Below are positions 8,246 to 16,224 of a DNA stretch of 24,527 nt, in pieces (the stretch's first letter is position 1; each line of letters starts with the position of its first letter). The stretch comes from Candidatus Fermentibacteraceae bacterium. GTDB lineage: Bacteria > Fermentibacterota > Fermentibacteria > Fermentibacterales > JCC-6. Made by a program: the position numbers and the translations under genes. The notes beneath the pieces are model-generated. The model saw only the letters and a program-made list of their open reading frames with translations, was not told where the DNA came from and did not search any database. The stretch spans positions 44,309-68,835 of the forward strand of contig JAWLEP010000009.1 in NCBI GenBank assembly GCA_041686025.1, in the 5' to 3' direction.

Positions 8246-9013
8246 CTAGTCCCCCCCTCCGGCCAGATGGCCGTATGCGGCGGTGCCCTCCGCCGCCCTG
8301 AGGGTGTCCTCCGCCCCCAGCACCGCCCTGAGGGTCGACTGCAGCCCCCGCATGGTGAGGCCGTCGATCCTGCCCCCCAGGAAGGAGGGCCCCCTAAGGA
8401 CGGCCCATCCCCTGTACTCGTCCTCCGGCCGCGGCGGCGAGTAGATGACCAGATCGAGGCCCCGCCCCTCCCAGGCCTGCATCAGCTGCCCCGCCCGGGC
8501 CGCCGAGCCGGGGCTGAGGCGCATGACCACCACGTCGGGCTGGTACTTGTCCATCAGCGAGGCCACGGTTGACTGACGACCCTGCCAGCCGGCCCATTCG
8601 CCGCGGTCCACCTCCGGCGATATCTCCGCGGGGCGGACCGTCACGCCGCTGTCGTGGGTCAGCAGCGATATGTTGCTCCTTCCCTCCCCCGAGGGCGCGT
8701 TCTCCGGCGGAGGAACGTCAACCAGGAGACACAGGTAGTTCTCCCCGATGGCATCCGCGGCGATTTCGCGGGCCAGCTCCATGGTATCTGCTGCGAAACC
8801 GGTGGGCGAGAGCCTGGCATGGGCTACCCCGTGACCCCGGAGGGTCAGGGAGCGCGGCAGTGAGATGTCGGGATCCATCCCCCTCAGCTCTGCCACCAGC
8901 AGCGGGTTCTCCCGCAGCGGAAAGGCCCGGCCGCCGTCCTCGGGGCCTCCGCCGCAGGCCAGGCAGGCCGCCAGCAGGGCGGCCGCCGTCAGAAGAGCTG
9001 ATAGCCTGGGCAC
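8246..9013 (-). CDS. Putative lipoprotein, 255 aa
   Basis: GGAGG SD 4 nt before the GTG start. Signal peptide MPRLSALLTAAALLAACLAC carries lipobox-like LAAC / CLAC. First gene after a TATAAT box. Confidence 0.75.
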   Translation of the reverse strand: MPRLSALLTAAALLAACLACGGGPEDGGRAFPLRENPLLVAELRGMDPDISLPRSLTLRGHGVAHARLSPTGFAADTMELAREIAADAIGENYLCLLVDVPPPENAPSGEGRSNISLLTHDSGVTVRPAEISPEVDRGEWAGWQGRQSTVASLMDKYQPDVVVMRLSPGSAARAGQLMQAWEGRGLDLVIYSPPRPEDEYRGWAVLRGPSFLGGRIDGLTMRGLQSTLRAVLGAEDTLRAAEGTAAYGHLAGGGD

Positions 9014-9054
9014 GAAACCTCCGATGCGGTTGGCTCTGCCGTCTGCGAAGGTGG

Positions 9055-9083
9055 ATTATACGAAACCCGGGGCGGGATGTGGA
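9055..9083 (-). promoter_or_regulatory. Candidate sigma70 promoter for the 9013->105 operon
   Basis: Minus strand TCCACA-17 nt-TATAAT (perfect -10 at 9055-9060), about 40 nt upstream of the GTG at 9013. Confidence 0.55.
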
Positions 9084-9084
9084 A

Positions 9085-9113
9085 GGAGCGGGGGAGCGAC
9101 GCTCCCCCGCTCC
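9085..9113 (-). terminator. Terminator-like hairpin after the 9122..10885 gene
   Basis: Perfect 13-bp stem GGAGCGGGGGAGC-GAC-GCTCCCCCGCTCC, 8 nt after the stop. Only a weak U tail (TTCC) on the minus strand. Confidence 0.6.
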
Positions 9114-9121
9114 GCTGGAGA

Positions 9122-10885
9122 CTAGGGTACCAGTACGGCCTTCTGGGTGGCTATCTGCCTGTCTGAGACCAGTCTGAACAGGTAGGTGCCCGCGTCCAGG
9201 TTCAGGTCCTGCAGGCCGAAGCTGTGGCTGCCGGCGGCCAGCTCCTCGTCACAGAGGGTGGCCACCCGGCGGCCGGTCATGTCGTAGACGCTGAGCTCGG
9301 CCCTGGCGGCCGACGGCAGATCAACGCTCACCGCACCCGCCGTGGTCAGAGGGTTGGAGGAGACTCCCAGACCAAGCTGCTGGGGCGTCACCACTCCGCC
9401 TTCGGCGTTTGTGCTGTAGGTGATGTCGCCTTCGTAGATCATGTCCAGGCCGCTTTCGAACATGGACACCGGCGAGAATATCACGTAGTCCCAGCCATCG
9501 GCCTCTACGGCCACGGAGATCTCGTTGTCCGGCTGCTCCACGTCGAACCACTGGTAGTAGCTGCCGCCGGCGTCGTTGTACATGATGAACGAGAAGTTCC
9601 AGTCGAAGTTGTCACGCCCGTCGAAGTCGAAGGTGACCCATCCGTCCTGGTAGTTGGCCAGCTCCACCTGGATCCAGTGCAGGCCGTAGCACTCCAGCTC
9701 GTAGGTGTCGCCGGCGACGCCCACCATGTCCTCGATGTCGTAGGCGGGCAGCTCGTCGAAGTAGTGGTAGGTGCTGATCACCAGGGGGCCGGGGTACCAC
9801 TCCGAGGCCTCCTCGTCGTAGAGTCCGCAGCCGTCGTACCACTGGTCGGCCGTGCACCAGCGGTAGTGGCCGTACTCCATGAAGGCCTCCTCGAACGTCT
9901 TGCCGTGGTCGGCGAACATGTCGGCCTGGGCCTCCAGCGTGTTGGCGCCCGGCTCCTCGGCGCAGTTGATCCAGACCTCGAGGACGGCCTCGACGTCGAT
10001 GCTGTTCTCCATGTACCAGGGCCAGGTGAAGGCGCCGTAGTGGTAGAGGTCTCCGGGGGAGGTCCTGATGTCCCACATGGGCCTGGTGAGGGGGTTCTTG
10101 CCGCCGCAGTACATCTGGTAGTCGTCTATCTCGGGCCAGACCTGCTCCTCAATCCAGACCGCGCAGTTCTCCATGAACCAGGTGCCCTCGGCGGGGTCGG
10201 CCGCCATCTGGCAGGCGTGCTGGAACTCGTGGGCCACGGTGCAGATCTTCGTCCCGTCGTTGATGATGTTCCTGTCCATGGCGATGTGGCTGGCCTTGCC
10301 GTTGGGTGTCTCGGGGTTGCTGGGCTCTCCGGCGCAGGTGGTGTAGCCCAGGGTGGAGCCGCCGCATTCGATGACGTAGATGTCGTAGTTGGTGTCTCCG
10401 CCGAGGCCGAGGTCGGAGGGCGGGGCGTAGTAGCCCATATCGTCGATCTGGGTCTCCCAGGCCACGTCGGCGGCGTCGGCTATCTCCTGGCAGTACTCCA
10501 GGTCAGAGGCCCAGGGGCCCTCGTCGGTCCAGTGGATCTTGAAGTAGCCGGCGTCGGAGTCGAACGTGTACTCCGGGTAGGGGCTGAAGTCCGGTCTGTT
10601 GGCCAGGGTGAGCATCTCGTCCCGGATGGGGGCGGATACCTCGTCCATCCTCAGGTAGGCCTCGTGCAGGGCGGGAGTGCCGCAGGGCTCGGTCTCCATG
10701 CCGGCGAACTCCGCGGGCAGCCTGTCCGGGGCGATGACGCTGTAGGTCAGGTAGAGGGCGGCCTGTTCGGCCGTTATCTCTCCGGCCTCCTCGGCCTCCA
10801 GTATCGACTGGTAGGAGGAGACCGCTCCGGCCGCCGGAACGATCAGCAGCAGCGCTGCTGCCAGTGCTGTGTAGGTTCTCATCAT
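9122..10885 (-). CDS. Secreted zinc metalloprotease (gluzincin; MXAN_6640-like) with T9SS-type C-terminal sorting domain, 587 aa
   Basis: Signal peptide; HEFQH zinc motif followed by WFMEN (third-ligand Glu); C-terminal SNP...LSVYDMTGRRVATL...AGSHSF...LDAGTYLFRL...KAVLVP. Confidence 0.85.
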   Translation of the reverse strand: MMRTYTALAAALLLIVPAAGAVSSYQSILEAEEAGEITAEQAALYLTYSVIAPDRLPAEFAGMETEPCGTPALHEAYLRMDEVSAPIRDEMLTLANRPDFSPYPEYTFDSDAGYFKIHWTDEGPWASDLEYCQEIADAADVAWETQIDDMGYYAPPSDLGLGGDTNYDIYVIECGGSTLGYTTCAGEPSNPETPNGKASHIAMDRNIINDGTKICTVAHEFQHACQMAADPAEGTWFMENCAVWIEEQVWPEIDDYQMYCGGKNPLTRPMWDIRTSPGDLYHYGAFTWPWYMENSIDVEAVLEVWINCAEEPGANTLEAQADMFADHGKTFEEAFMEYGHYRWCTADQWYDGCGLYDEEASEWYPGPLVISTYHYFDELPAYDIEDMVGVAGDTYELECYGLHWIQVELANYQDGWVTFDFDGRDNFDWNFSFIMYNDAGGSYYQWFDVEQPDNEISVAVEADGWDYVIFSPVSMFESGLDMIYEGDITYSTNAEGGVVTPQQLGLGVSSNPLTTAGAVSVDLPSAARAELSVYDMTGRRVATLCDEELAAGSHSFGLQDLNLDAGTYLFRLVSDRQIATQKAVLVP

Positions 10886-10910
10886 TCTCTTTCCGTTTGG
10901 CGTTGGTCCG

Positions 10911-10934
10911 GGCCCGGGGGCGCGCCCCCGGGCC
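10911..10934 (-). terminator. Perfect 24-bp palindrome between the two protease genes (terminator or processing hairpin)
   Basis: GGCCCGGGGGCGCGCCCCCGGGCC, 6 nt after the 10941 stop. No U-tract. Confidence 0.5.
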
Positions 10935-10940
10935 TGCTCG

Positions 10941-12680
10941 TTACCTCTGGAGAATAACCTTCCTGGTGGTGCCTCCGGTAGGGCCGGTGAGGCGGAGGAA
11001 GTAGGCCCCGGTCTGCAGACCCTCGGCGCTCCACTGGAAGCTGTGGGTTCCGGCGGCCAGCTCCTGGGCCGTTATCCGGTCCACCAGCCTGCCGGAGAGG
11101 TCGTGCACGCTGAGGGTGGCGAACCCGGCCTCGGGCGTGGTGACGCTCACTGCCATCCCCGGTGCCATGGGGTTGGCCGCCGGCACCACTGCCAGGCCGT
11201 TGTCGGCCACCTCTCCCCCGGCCACGCCGGTGGAGTAGCTTATCTCGTAGTCGTAGAGCTGGTCGAGGGGGCTGTCCAGGGCCGCGAACACGTAGAAGAT
11301 CACCTTGTCCCAGCCGGGAGCTGCCACGCTGAAGCTGGTGGTGGCCGAGGAGTTGTCCACGAACTCCCAGCCGAAGGCTCCCTGGTCCCCGGCGTACTGG
11401 ATGTAGCCCACGATCCAGTCGAAGTTGTCCCGGCCGTCGAAGCTGAAGTCGATCCAGCCGTCCTGGTAGTCGGCCACGTCCACCATGATCCAGTGCATCC
11501 CCGTGTACTCGGTGTAGTAATCGGGGTGATCGCCCTGGTTGCCCGACGCGGGCAGCTCATCGTGGGAGTGCCAGTAGAGGACCCGGGGGCCGGGAGTCCA
11601 CAGCGAGGACTCCTCGTACTCCCAGAACCCGTCGGTCACGGCGTAGGGTCCGGTGAACCATCTCCAGGCGCCGTACTCGGCTAACCACTGGTTGAGGGTC
11701 ATTCCGTTGTTCTCCGCTGTGGTCTCGATGGCTTCCCAGGTGTTCATGCCCTCCACGATGGCGCAGTTGTACCAGACCTCCCGGACGGTCTCGTAGCCGT
11801 CGCAGCGGACCTCCATGTACATGGGCCAGGGGGCTCCGCCGTAGTGGTACATGGAGCCGCTGTCCATGGCCCGCCAGGGCTGTCGGAGGCAGTTCTCTCC
11901 GGTGCCCAGGTAGTCGGCGTACAGGTCGGTGTCCCAGCACTCGTTCTGCATCCACACCGCGCAGTTCTCCTTGAACCAGGAGGGCTCGCAGGCGGCGTAG
12001 GCGTTCTGGACCGCGTGCTGGAACTCGTGGGACGCGGTCTCGTTCATCTGATCCATGCCGAACTCGCTGGAGTCGGCCTCCATGGCTATGTGGCTGGAGA
12101 CGGAGTTCGGATAGGTGGGGCTGGTGGGGTTGCCCTCGGAGGAGCACCAGCCGATGGTGCCTCCGCCCAGGCTGATCATGTAGACGTCCAGCTTCTCGTC
12201 GCCGCCCACTCCCAGGTCGCTGGGGGGCTCCTCGAAGCCCATGTCCAGGCACTGGTGCTGCCAGGACCAGTCGAAGGCCTCGGCCAGCTCCTGCACGTAG
12301 CTCTCGCTGGTGGCGTCGGCTCCCTGGTCGGTCCAGTGCATCTTGAACCAGCCCTCGGGGCTGTCGTAGGTGTACTCGGGCCCGCTGAGCGTGGGCCTGG
12401 CCAGCAGGCTGCGCACCTCCCGCTGAATTGGGGCGGAGCAGCTCTCGTACAGGTCCGCCAGCCGCTCGATGGCGGGGGTGCCGCAGGGCCCGGTCTCCAC
12501 GCCCTCGGTGAGGGCTCCCGGCGGCTGGAAGTCGCCGTCAAGGCCGGCGGCCAGGTAAAGGGCCGCCTCGTCGACGGTTATCTCCCCCGAGTCCAGTGCT
12601 CCATTCACCCTGTGAACCAGCGTCTCCGCTCCGGCCAGAGAGACCAGAAGCAGAGCGCATAGGATAGCTGCATGTCTCAT
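10941..12680 (-). CDS. Secreted zinc metalloprotease paralogue with T9SS-type C-terminal sorting domain, 579 aa
   Basis: GGGGAGG SD; signal peptide; HEFQH plus WFKEN; C-terminal ANP...LSVHDLSGRLV...AGTHSFQW...LQTGAYFLRL...RKVILQR. Colinear with 9122..10885. Confidence 0.85.
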   Translation of the reverse strand: MRHAAILCALLLVSLAGAETLVHRVNGALDSGEITVDEAALYLAAGLDGDFQPPGALTEGVETGPCGTPAIERLADLYESCSAPIQREVRSLLARPTLSGPEYTYDSPEGWFKMHWTDQGADATSESYVQELAEAFDWSWQHQCLDMGFEEPPSDLGVGGDEKLDVYMISLGGGTIGWCSSEGNPTSPTYPNSVSSHIAMEADSSEFGMDQMNETASHEFQHAVQNAYAACEPSWFKENCAVWMQNECWDTDLYADYLGTGENCLRQPWRAMDSGSMYHYGGAPWPMYMEVRCDGYETVREVWYNCAIVEGMNTWEAIETTAENNGMTLNQWLAEYGAWRWFTGPYAVTDGFWEYEESSLWTPGPRVLYWHSHDELPASGNQGDHPDYYTEYTGMHWIMVDVADYQDGWIDFSFDGRDNFDWIVGYIQYAGDQGAFGWEFVDNSSATTSFSVAAPGWDKVIFYVFAALDSPLDQLYDYEISYSTGVAGGEVADNGLAVVPAANPMAPGMAVSVTTPEAGFATLSVHDLSGRLVDRITAQELAAGTHSFQWSAEGLQTGAYFLRLTGPTGGTTRKVILQR

Positions 12681-12722
12681 TCGTACCTCCCCTGTATCCG
12701 GTTAATATCCGTCTGTGGTGTC

Positions 12723-12731
12723 ATTGTAACA
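12723..12731 (-). promoter_or_regulatory. Candidate extended -10 promoter for the protease genes
   Basis: Minus strand TG-T-TACAAT in a locally AT-rich tract, about 42 nt upstream of the ATG at 12680. Confidence 0.4.
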
Positions 12732-12759
12732 CAGCAAGTACATTCCCTATTACATTACG

Positions 12760-12865
12760 CCGGCCTGACGGACAAGTCCATACCCGTTCGGCCAGTTGGC
12801 CGGCATGATCAGCGCCCGCCTGAGGGCGTAGACCCAACTGAATAATCACCGAAGCGGACGGCCGG
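12760..12865. other. Nested inverted-repeat element (possible structured RNA or small repeat element)
   Basis: Five concentric complementary pairs: CCGGCC/GGCCGG, GTCC/GGAC, TTCGG/CCGAA, CAGTTGG/CCAACTG and GCGCCC/GGGCGT. Confidence 0.3.
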
Positions 12866-12876
12866 TTCCCGGCTGG

Positions 12877-12905
12877 TTGCTGCCGCCGGCGGCAGTGGCC
12901 ATACT
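12877..12905 (+). promoter_or_regulatory. Candidate sigma70 promoter with overlapping 16-bp palindrome
   Basis: TTGCTG-17 nt-CATACT, 35 nt upstream of the TTG at 12941. Perfect palindrome CTGCCGCCGGCGGCAG at 12880-12895. Confidence 0.45.
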
Positions 12906-12940
12906 TGAGCCCGTTGCGATCACCAGAGAAAGGAATCCCA

Positions 12941-14332
12941 TTGAAGGCAACCTTCCACGGAGCGGCCAGGATGGTCACCGGCTCGCAGCACCTGCTGGAG
13001 GTCGGAGGCAGGAAGATCCTTCTGGACTGCGGCCTCTTCCAGGGCCACCGCCAGGAGAGCGAGAGGCTCAACCGGGAGCACCCCTACGATCCCTCGGACG
13101 TGGACGTCATCATCCTCTCCCATGCCCACATAGACCATTCCGGCAACCTGCCCACGGCAGTGAGGCACGGTTTCGACGGCATCATCCTCAGCACCTTCGC
13201 CACCCGGGATCTGGCGGCCATCATGCTGCCCGACAGCGCCCACATACAGCACGACGACACCGAGTACCTCAACCGCAAGCGGGCCCGAAAGGACCTGCCC
13301 CCGCTGGAGCCGCTGTACGGCATGGACGAGGTGATGGCCACGCTGGACTGCTTCGTCTCCATTCCCTACGGCAAGAGCTACCGGGTATTCGACAACGTCA
13401 CCCTCAGGTTCCTGGACGCCGGGCACATACTGGGCTCCTCCCAGGTGGAGCTCACCGTCCGCGAGGACGGCAGGAAGAAGGTGCTGCTGTTCTCCGGCGA
13501 CCTTGGCCGGCCCGGCAGGCCCATACTGCGGGACCCGGACTTCGGCTCCCGGCCCGACCTCCTGATCATGGAGAGCACCTACGGAAACCGGCTGCACGGG
13601 CCGGTGGAGGAGGCCGAGGAGAAGTTCGCCCGGGTCCTCAACGACACCCACCAGCGCGGCGGGAAGGTGATCATCCCCTCCTTCAGCGTGGGCAGGACGC
13701 AGGAGGTGCTCTACTACCTGCACGAGCTGGACCTGGCCGGCAGGATACCGAAGATGCCCGTGTACGTGGACTCCCCGCTGTCGTTCAACGCCACCGAGGT
13801 CTACCAGCTGCACCCCGAGTGCTTCGACCGGCGCATGCGGGAGATAGTGCAGAGCCGCCAGACCCCGTTCCAGTCCGACAACGTGCACTTCACGCAGAGC
13901 GTGGCGGAGTCCAAGGCCCTCAACGCAGACCGTACCCCCATGGTGATCATCTCCGCCTCGGGGATGTGCGAGGTGGGACGCATCCTCCACCACCTGAAGA
14001 ACAACATCGGGGACGAGGCGAACACGGTTCTCATCGTGGGCTTCATGGCCGAGCACACACTGGGCCGGCGCCTGGTGGAGGGCGAGGAGACGGTGCGCAT
14101 CTTCGGAGAGGAGTACGCGCGCAGGGCCCCGGTGGAGGTAATCGACGGCTTCTCGGCCCACGCCGACGCCGAGGGGCTGATGCGGTACGCGGCAACCGTG
14201 GGCGAGAGGGCGGAGAAGGTGGTCCTGGTCCACGGCGAGGAGGAGGGCATAGAGGCCCTGGGAAGCAGGATTCGCTCCGAGCTGGGCAGGGAGGTTATAA
14301 TACCCCACCTGGGAGATACCGTGGACCTCTGA
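12941..14332 (+). CDS. MBL-fold beta-CASP ribonuclease (YSH1/TTHA0252-like), 463 aa
   Basis: GAARMVTGSQH, LDCG, SHAHIDHSG, DAGHILGS, SGDLG, MESTYG, SASGM, FSAHAD, VHGE. TTG start at 12941 with AAAGGA SD is preferred over 12905. Confidence 0.93.
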   Translation: MKATFHGAARMVTGSQHLLEVGGRKILLDCGLFQGHRQESERLNREHPYDPSDVDVIILSHAHIDHSGNLPTAVRHGFDGIILSTFATRDLAAIMLPDSAHIQHDDTEYLNRKRARKDLPPLEPLYGMDEVMATLDCFVSIPYGKSYRVFDNVTLRFLDAGHILGSSQVELTVREDGRKKVLLFSGDLGRPGRPILRDPDFGSRPDLLIMESTYGNRLHGPVEEAEEKFARVLNDTHQRGGKVIIPSFSVGRTQEVLYYLHELDLAGRIPKMPVYVDSPLSFNATEVYQLHPECFDRRMREIVQSRQTPFQSDNVHFTQSVAESKALNADRTPMVIISASGMCEVGRILHHLKNNIGDEANTVLIVGFMAEHTLGRRLVEGEETVRIFGEEYARRAPVEVIDGFSAHADAEGLMRYAATVGERAEKVVLVHGEEEGIEALGSRIRSELGREVIIPHLGDTVDL

Positions 14333-14416
14333 GCCTGGAACCGCTTCCGGCCGGCGAGGTAGAGCCTGTTCGGACGCCCCGGGCTTTCGATACCATAAAC
14401 AACTGGAGTGCTGCAG

Positions 14417-15499
14417 ATGACCATATTCACCATGCTGCTGTCCGCCGCCCTGGCCTCCGGAGGGCTGCCCGACTTCGTACCTCCCCCCGGGGGCATCGGT
14501 TGCGAGTACCCGCTGGTCACCGTCCGCGGAGCCGGAATGGGGGGCGTCGAGGGCTGCGCGCCGGCGGAGGCCTCGCTGTCGCTGCTGAACCCCTCCGCGT
14601 CGGCCTGGGTCCGCAGCACCGGCCTGGCGGCCGCCATCGGCTACTCCGAGAGCGACCTGCCCAGCCGGGACGGCAAGTCCCGGTTTCCCTACGTCTCCTT
14701 CGTATTCCCGCTTCCGGGGGGCGTATCCCTGGCCGGGGGCCTGGCCTCCCGCAGCAGCTTCAGCTGCACCGACACCCTGGCCGTAGACGGCTTCACCGGC
14801 GACTACGCCTGGGAGGGCGGCACCGGCGACGGCTACTTCGGGGCCGCCGTCCGCGCCAACCCCCACCTGGCCTTCTCCCTGGGAGGGAGGTTCCTCTTCG
14901 GCAACCTCCAGTCCGAGGTGAGCCTCGACCGCGACTCTGTGGGGCAGGAGATACCGCTGTCGTGGAGGTACAGGGAAGACCTCTACCTGCGGTCCGCCTG
15001 GGGCGTGCAGCTGGGATCCACCTTCAGCCAGGGGCCGGTGAGCTTCGGGGTCTCCATCACCACCGACCGGTCAGGAGACCTGGAGATGGGCCGCGACTAC
15101 CTCTTCGGGGGCGGCTCCGACAGCACCAGCACCGAGATCTACGACATACCCGGCGAGGGCTTCGCCGGGCTCACCCTCCGTCCGGTGGACGGGATCTCCC
15201 TGGGGATGTCCTGGTTCCGGCGGAAGTCGCTGAGCCTTCTGGGCTCCCGCACGGACGCCGGGGACATACTGGCCTTCGGCGCGGAGGCCGACCTCTCCCG
15301 CAGCTTCGCGGTCAGGTCCGGCTACTCCCGCATGAGCGGCCTGTGGCGCGACGGCGCCCGGGCCTACAGCGGCGGCCTCAGCTACAACCTCCCCGGCGAC
15401 AGGGCGGTGCTGGACCTCTCGGTGACCCACGAGGTCTGGGACGACAGCGGCGAGACCACCGTCAGGCTGGGATTCTGGGGATCGGAGCGGTGGCGCTAG
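14417..15499 (+). CDS. Outer-membrane beta-barrel protein, FadL/PorV-like, about 360 aa
   Basis: Signal peptide; N-terminal RGAGMGG...LNPSA motif typical of the FadL/PorV superfamily; alternating amphipathic beta strands; aromatic C-terminus (VRLGFWGSERWR). ATG at 14417 follows GGAG. Confidence 0.7.
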   Translation: MTIFTMLLSAALASGGLPDFVPPPGGIGCEYPLVTVRGAGMGGVEGCAPAEASLSLLNPSASAWVRSTGLAAAIGYSESDLPSRDGKSRFPYVSFVFPLPGGVSLAGGLASRSSFSCTDTLAVDGFTGDYAWEGGTGDGYFGAAVRANPHLAFSLGGRFLFGNLQSEVSLDRDSVGQEIPLSWRYREDLYLRSAWGVQLGSTFSQGPVSFGVSITTDRSGDLEMGRDYLFGGGSDSTSTEIYDIPGEGFAGLTLRPVDGISLGMSWFRRKSLSLLGSRTDAGDILAFGAEADLSRSFAVRSGYSRMSGLWRDGARAYSGGLSYNLPGDRAVLDLSVTHEVWDDSGETTVRLGFWGSERWR

Positions 15500-16224
15500 C
15501 CTTCCTTCCCGGCGAGGTCTGCGTTTTCGTGCCGGCCAGGATGGGCTCCACCCGCCTTCCCGGGAAGCCCCTGGCCGACGTAGCCGGCCTTCCCCTTGTA
15601 GTGCGCGTGATGCAGGGCCTGGAGGGCCCATGGGGGGTGCTGGCGGCGGTCACCGACTCCCCGGACGTGGCGGAGGCGGTCGAAGGCGCCGGCTACAGGG
15701 CGCTGCTCACCGGCCCGGCCCCCACCGGGACCCACCGGGTACGTCTGGCCTGGGATGCCCTGGGCTCCCCGGGGAGACTGGTGGTGAACATGCAGGGAGA
15801 CGAGCCCATGGCGGACGCCTCCTGGATAGGGGCGCTGGCCTCGGTGGACCCCGGTGACGGCGTGTGCACGCTGGCCCGGGAGGCACCGGCGGAAGAGCTG
15901 GCCGGCCCGGGTTCGGTCAAGGTGGTCACCGGGGCCGGTGGAAGGGCCCTCTACTTCTCCCGCAGCCCCATACCGCACGGGGCCGGCCGCCTGCTGGAGC
16001 ACGTGGGGGCCTACGCCTTCACCCCGGACTCACTGGTCCGGTGCACCGACCTGGGCCCCACGCATCTCTCCCGGACCGAAAGGCTGGAGCAGCTGGCCTG
16101 GCTGGAGGCCGGCGTACCCATTACCGTAGTGACCGGGGACTTCGCCGGGCTGGGGGTGGACACCCCCGAGGACCTGGCGAGGGCGTCGGCCGTCTACAGC
16201 GAGATGGAGGGGAGCTCGGATTGA
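15490..16224 (+). CDS. kdsB: 3-deoxy-manno-octulosonate cytidylyltransferase (CMP-Kdo synthetase), 244 aa
   Basis: PARMGSTRLPGKPL, TGTHR, VNMQGDEP, VKVV...ALYFSRSPIP, HVGAYAF, ERLEQL, GVDTPEDL. It is the 3' part of the 12877..16224 ORF; GTG start at 15490. Confidence 0.93.
   Translation: MALAFLPGEVCVFVPARMGSTRLPGKPLADVAGLPLVVRVMQGLEGPWGVLAAVTDSPDVAEAVEGAGYRALLTGPAPTGTHRVRLAWDALGSPGRLVVNMQGDEPMADASWIGALASVDPGDGVCTLAREAPAEELAGPGSVKVVTGAGGRALYFSRSPIPHGAGRLLEHVGAYAFTPDSLVRCTDLGPTHLSRTERLEQLAWLEAGVPITVVTGDFAGLGVDTPEDLARASAVYSEMEGSSD

Noticed and set aside
12877..16224. 1115-aa ORF suggesting a giant KdsB fusion
   Set aside because: The first ~870 codons are R/G/P-rich off-frame readthrough of the RNase and barrel genes; only 15490..16224 has KdsB motifs.
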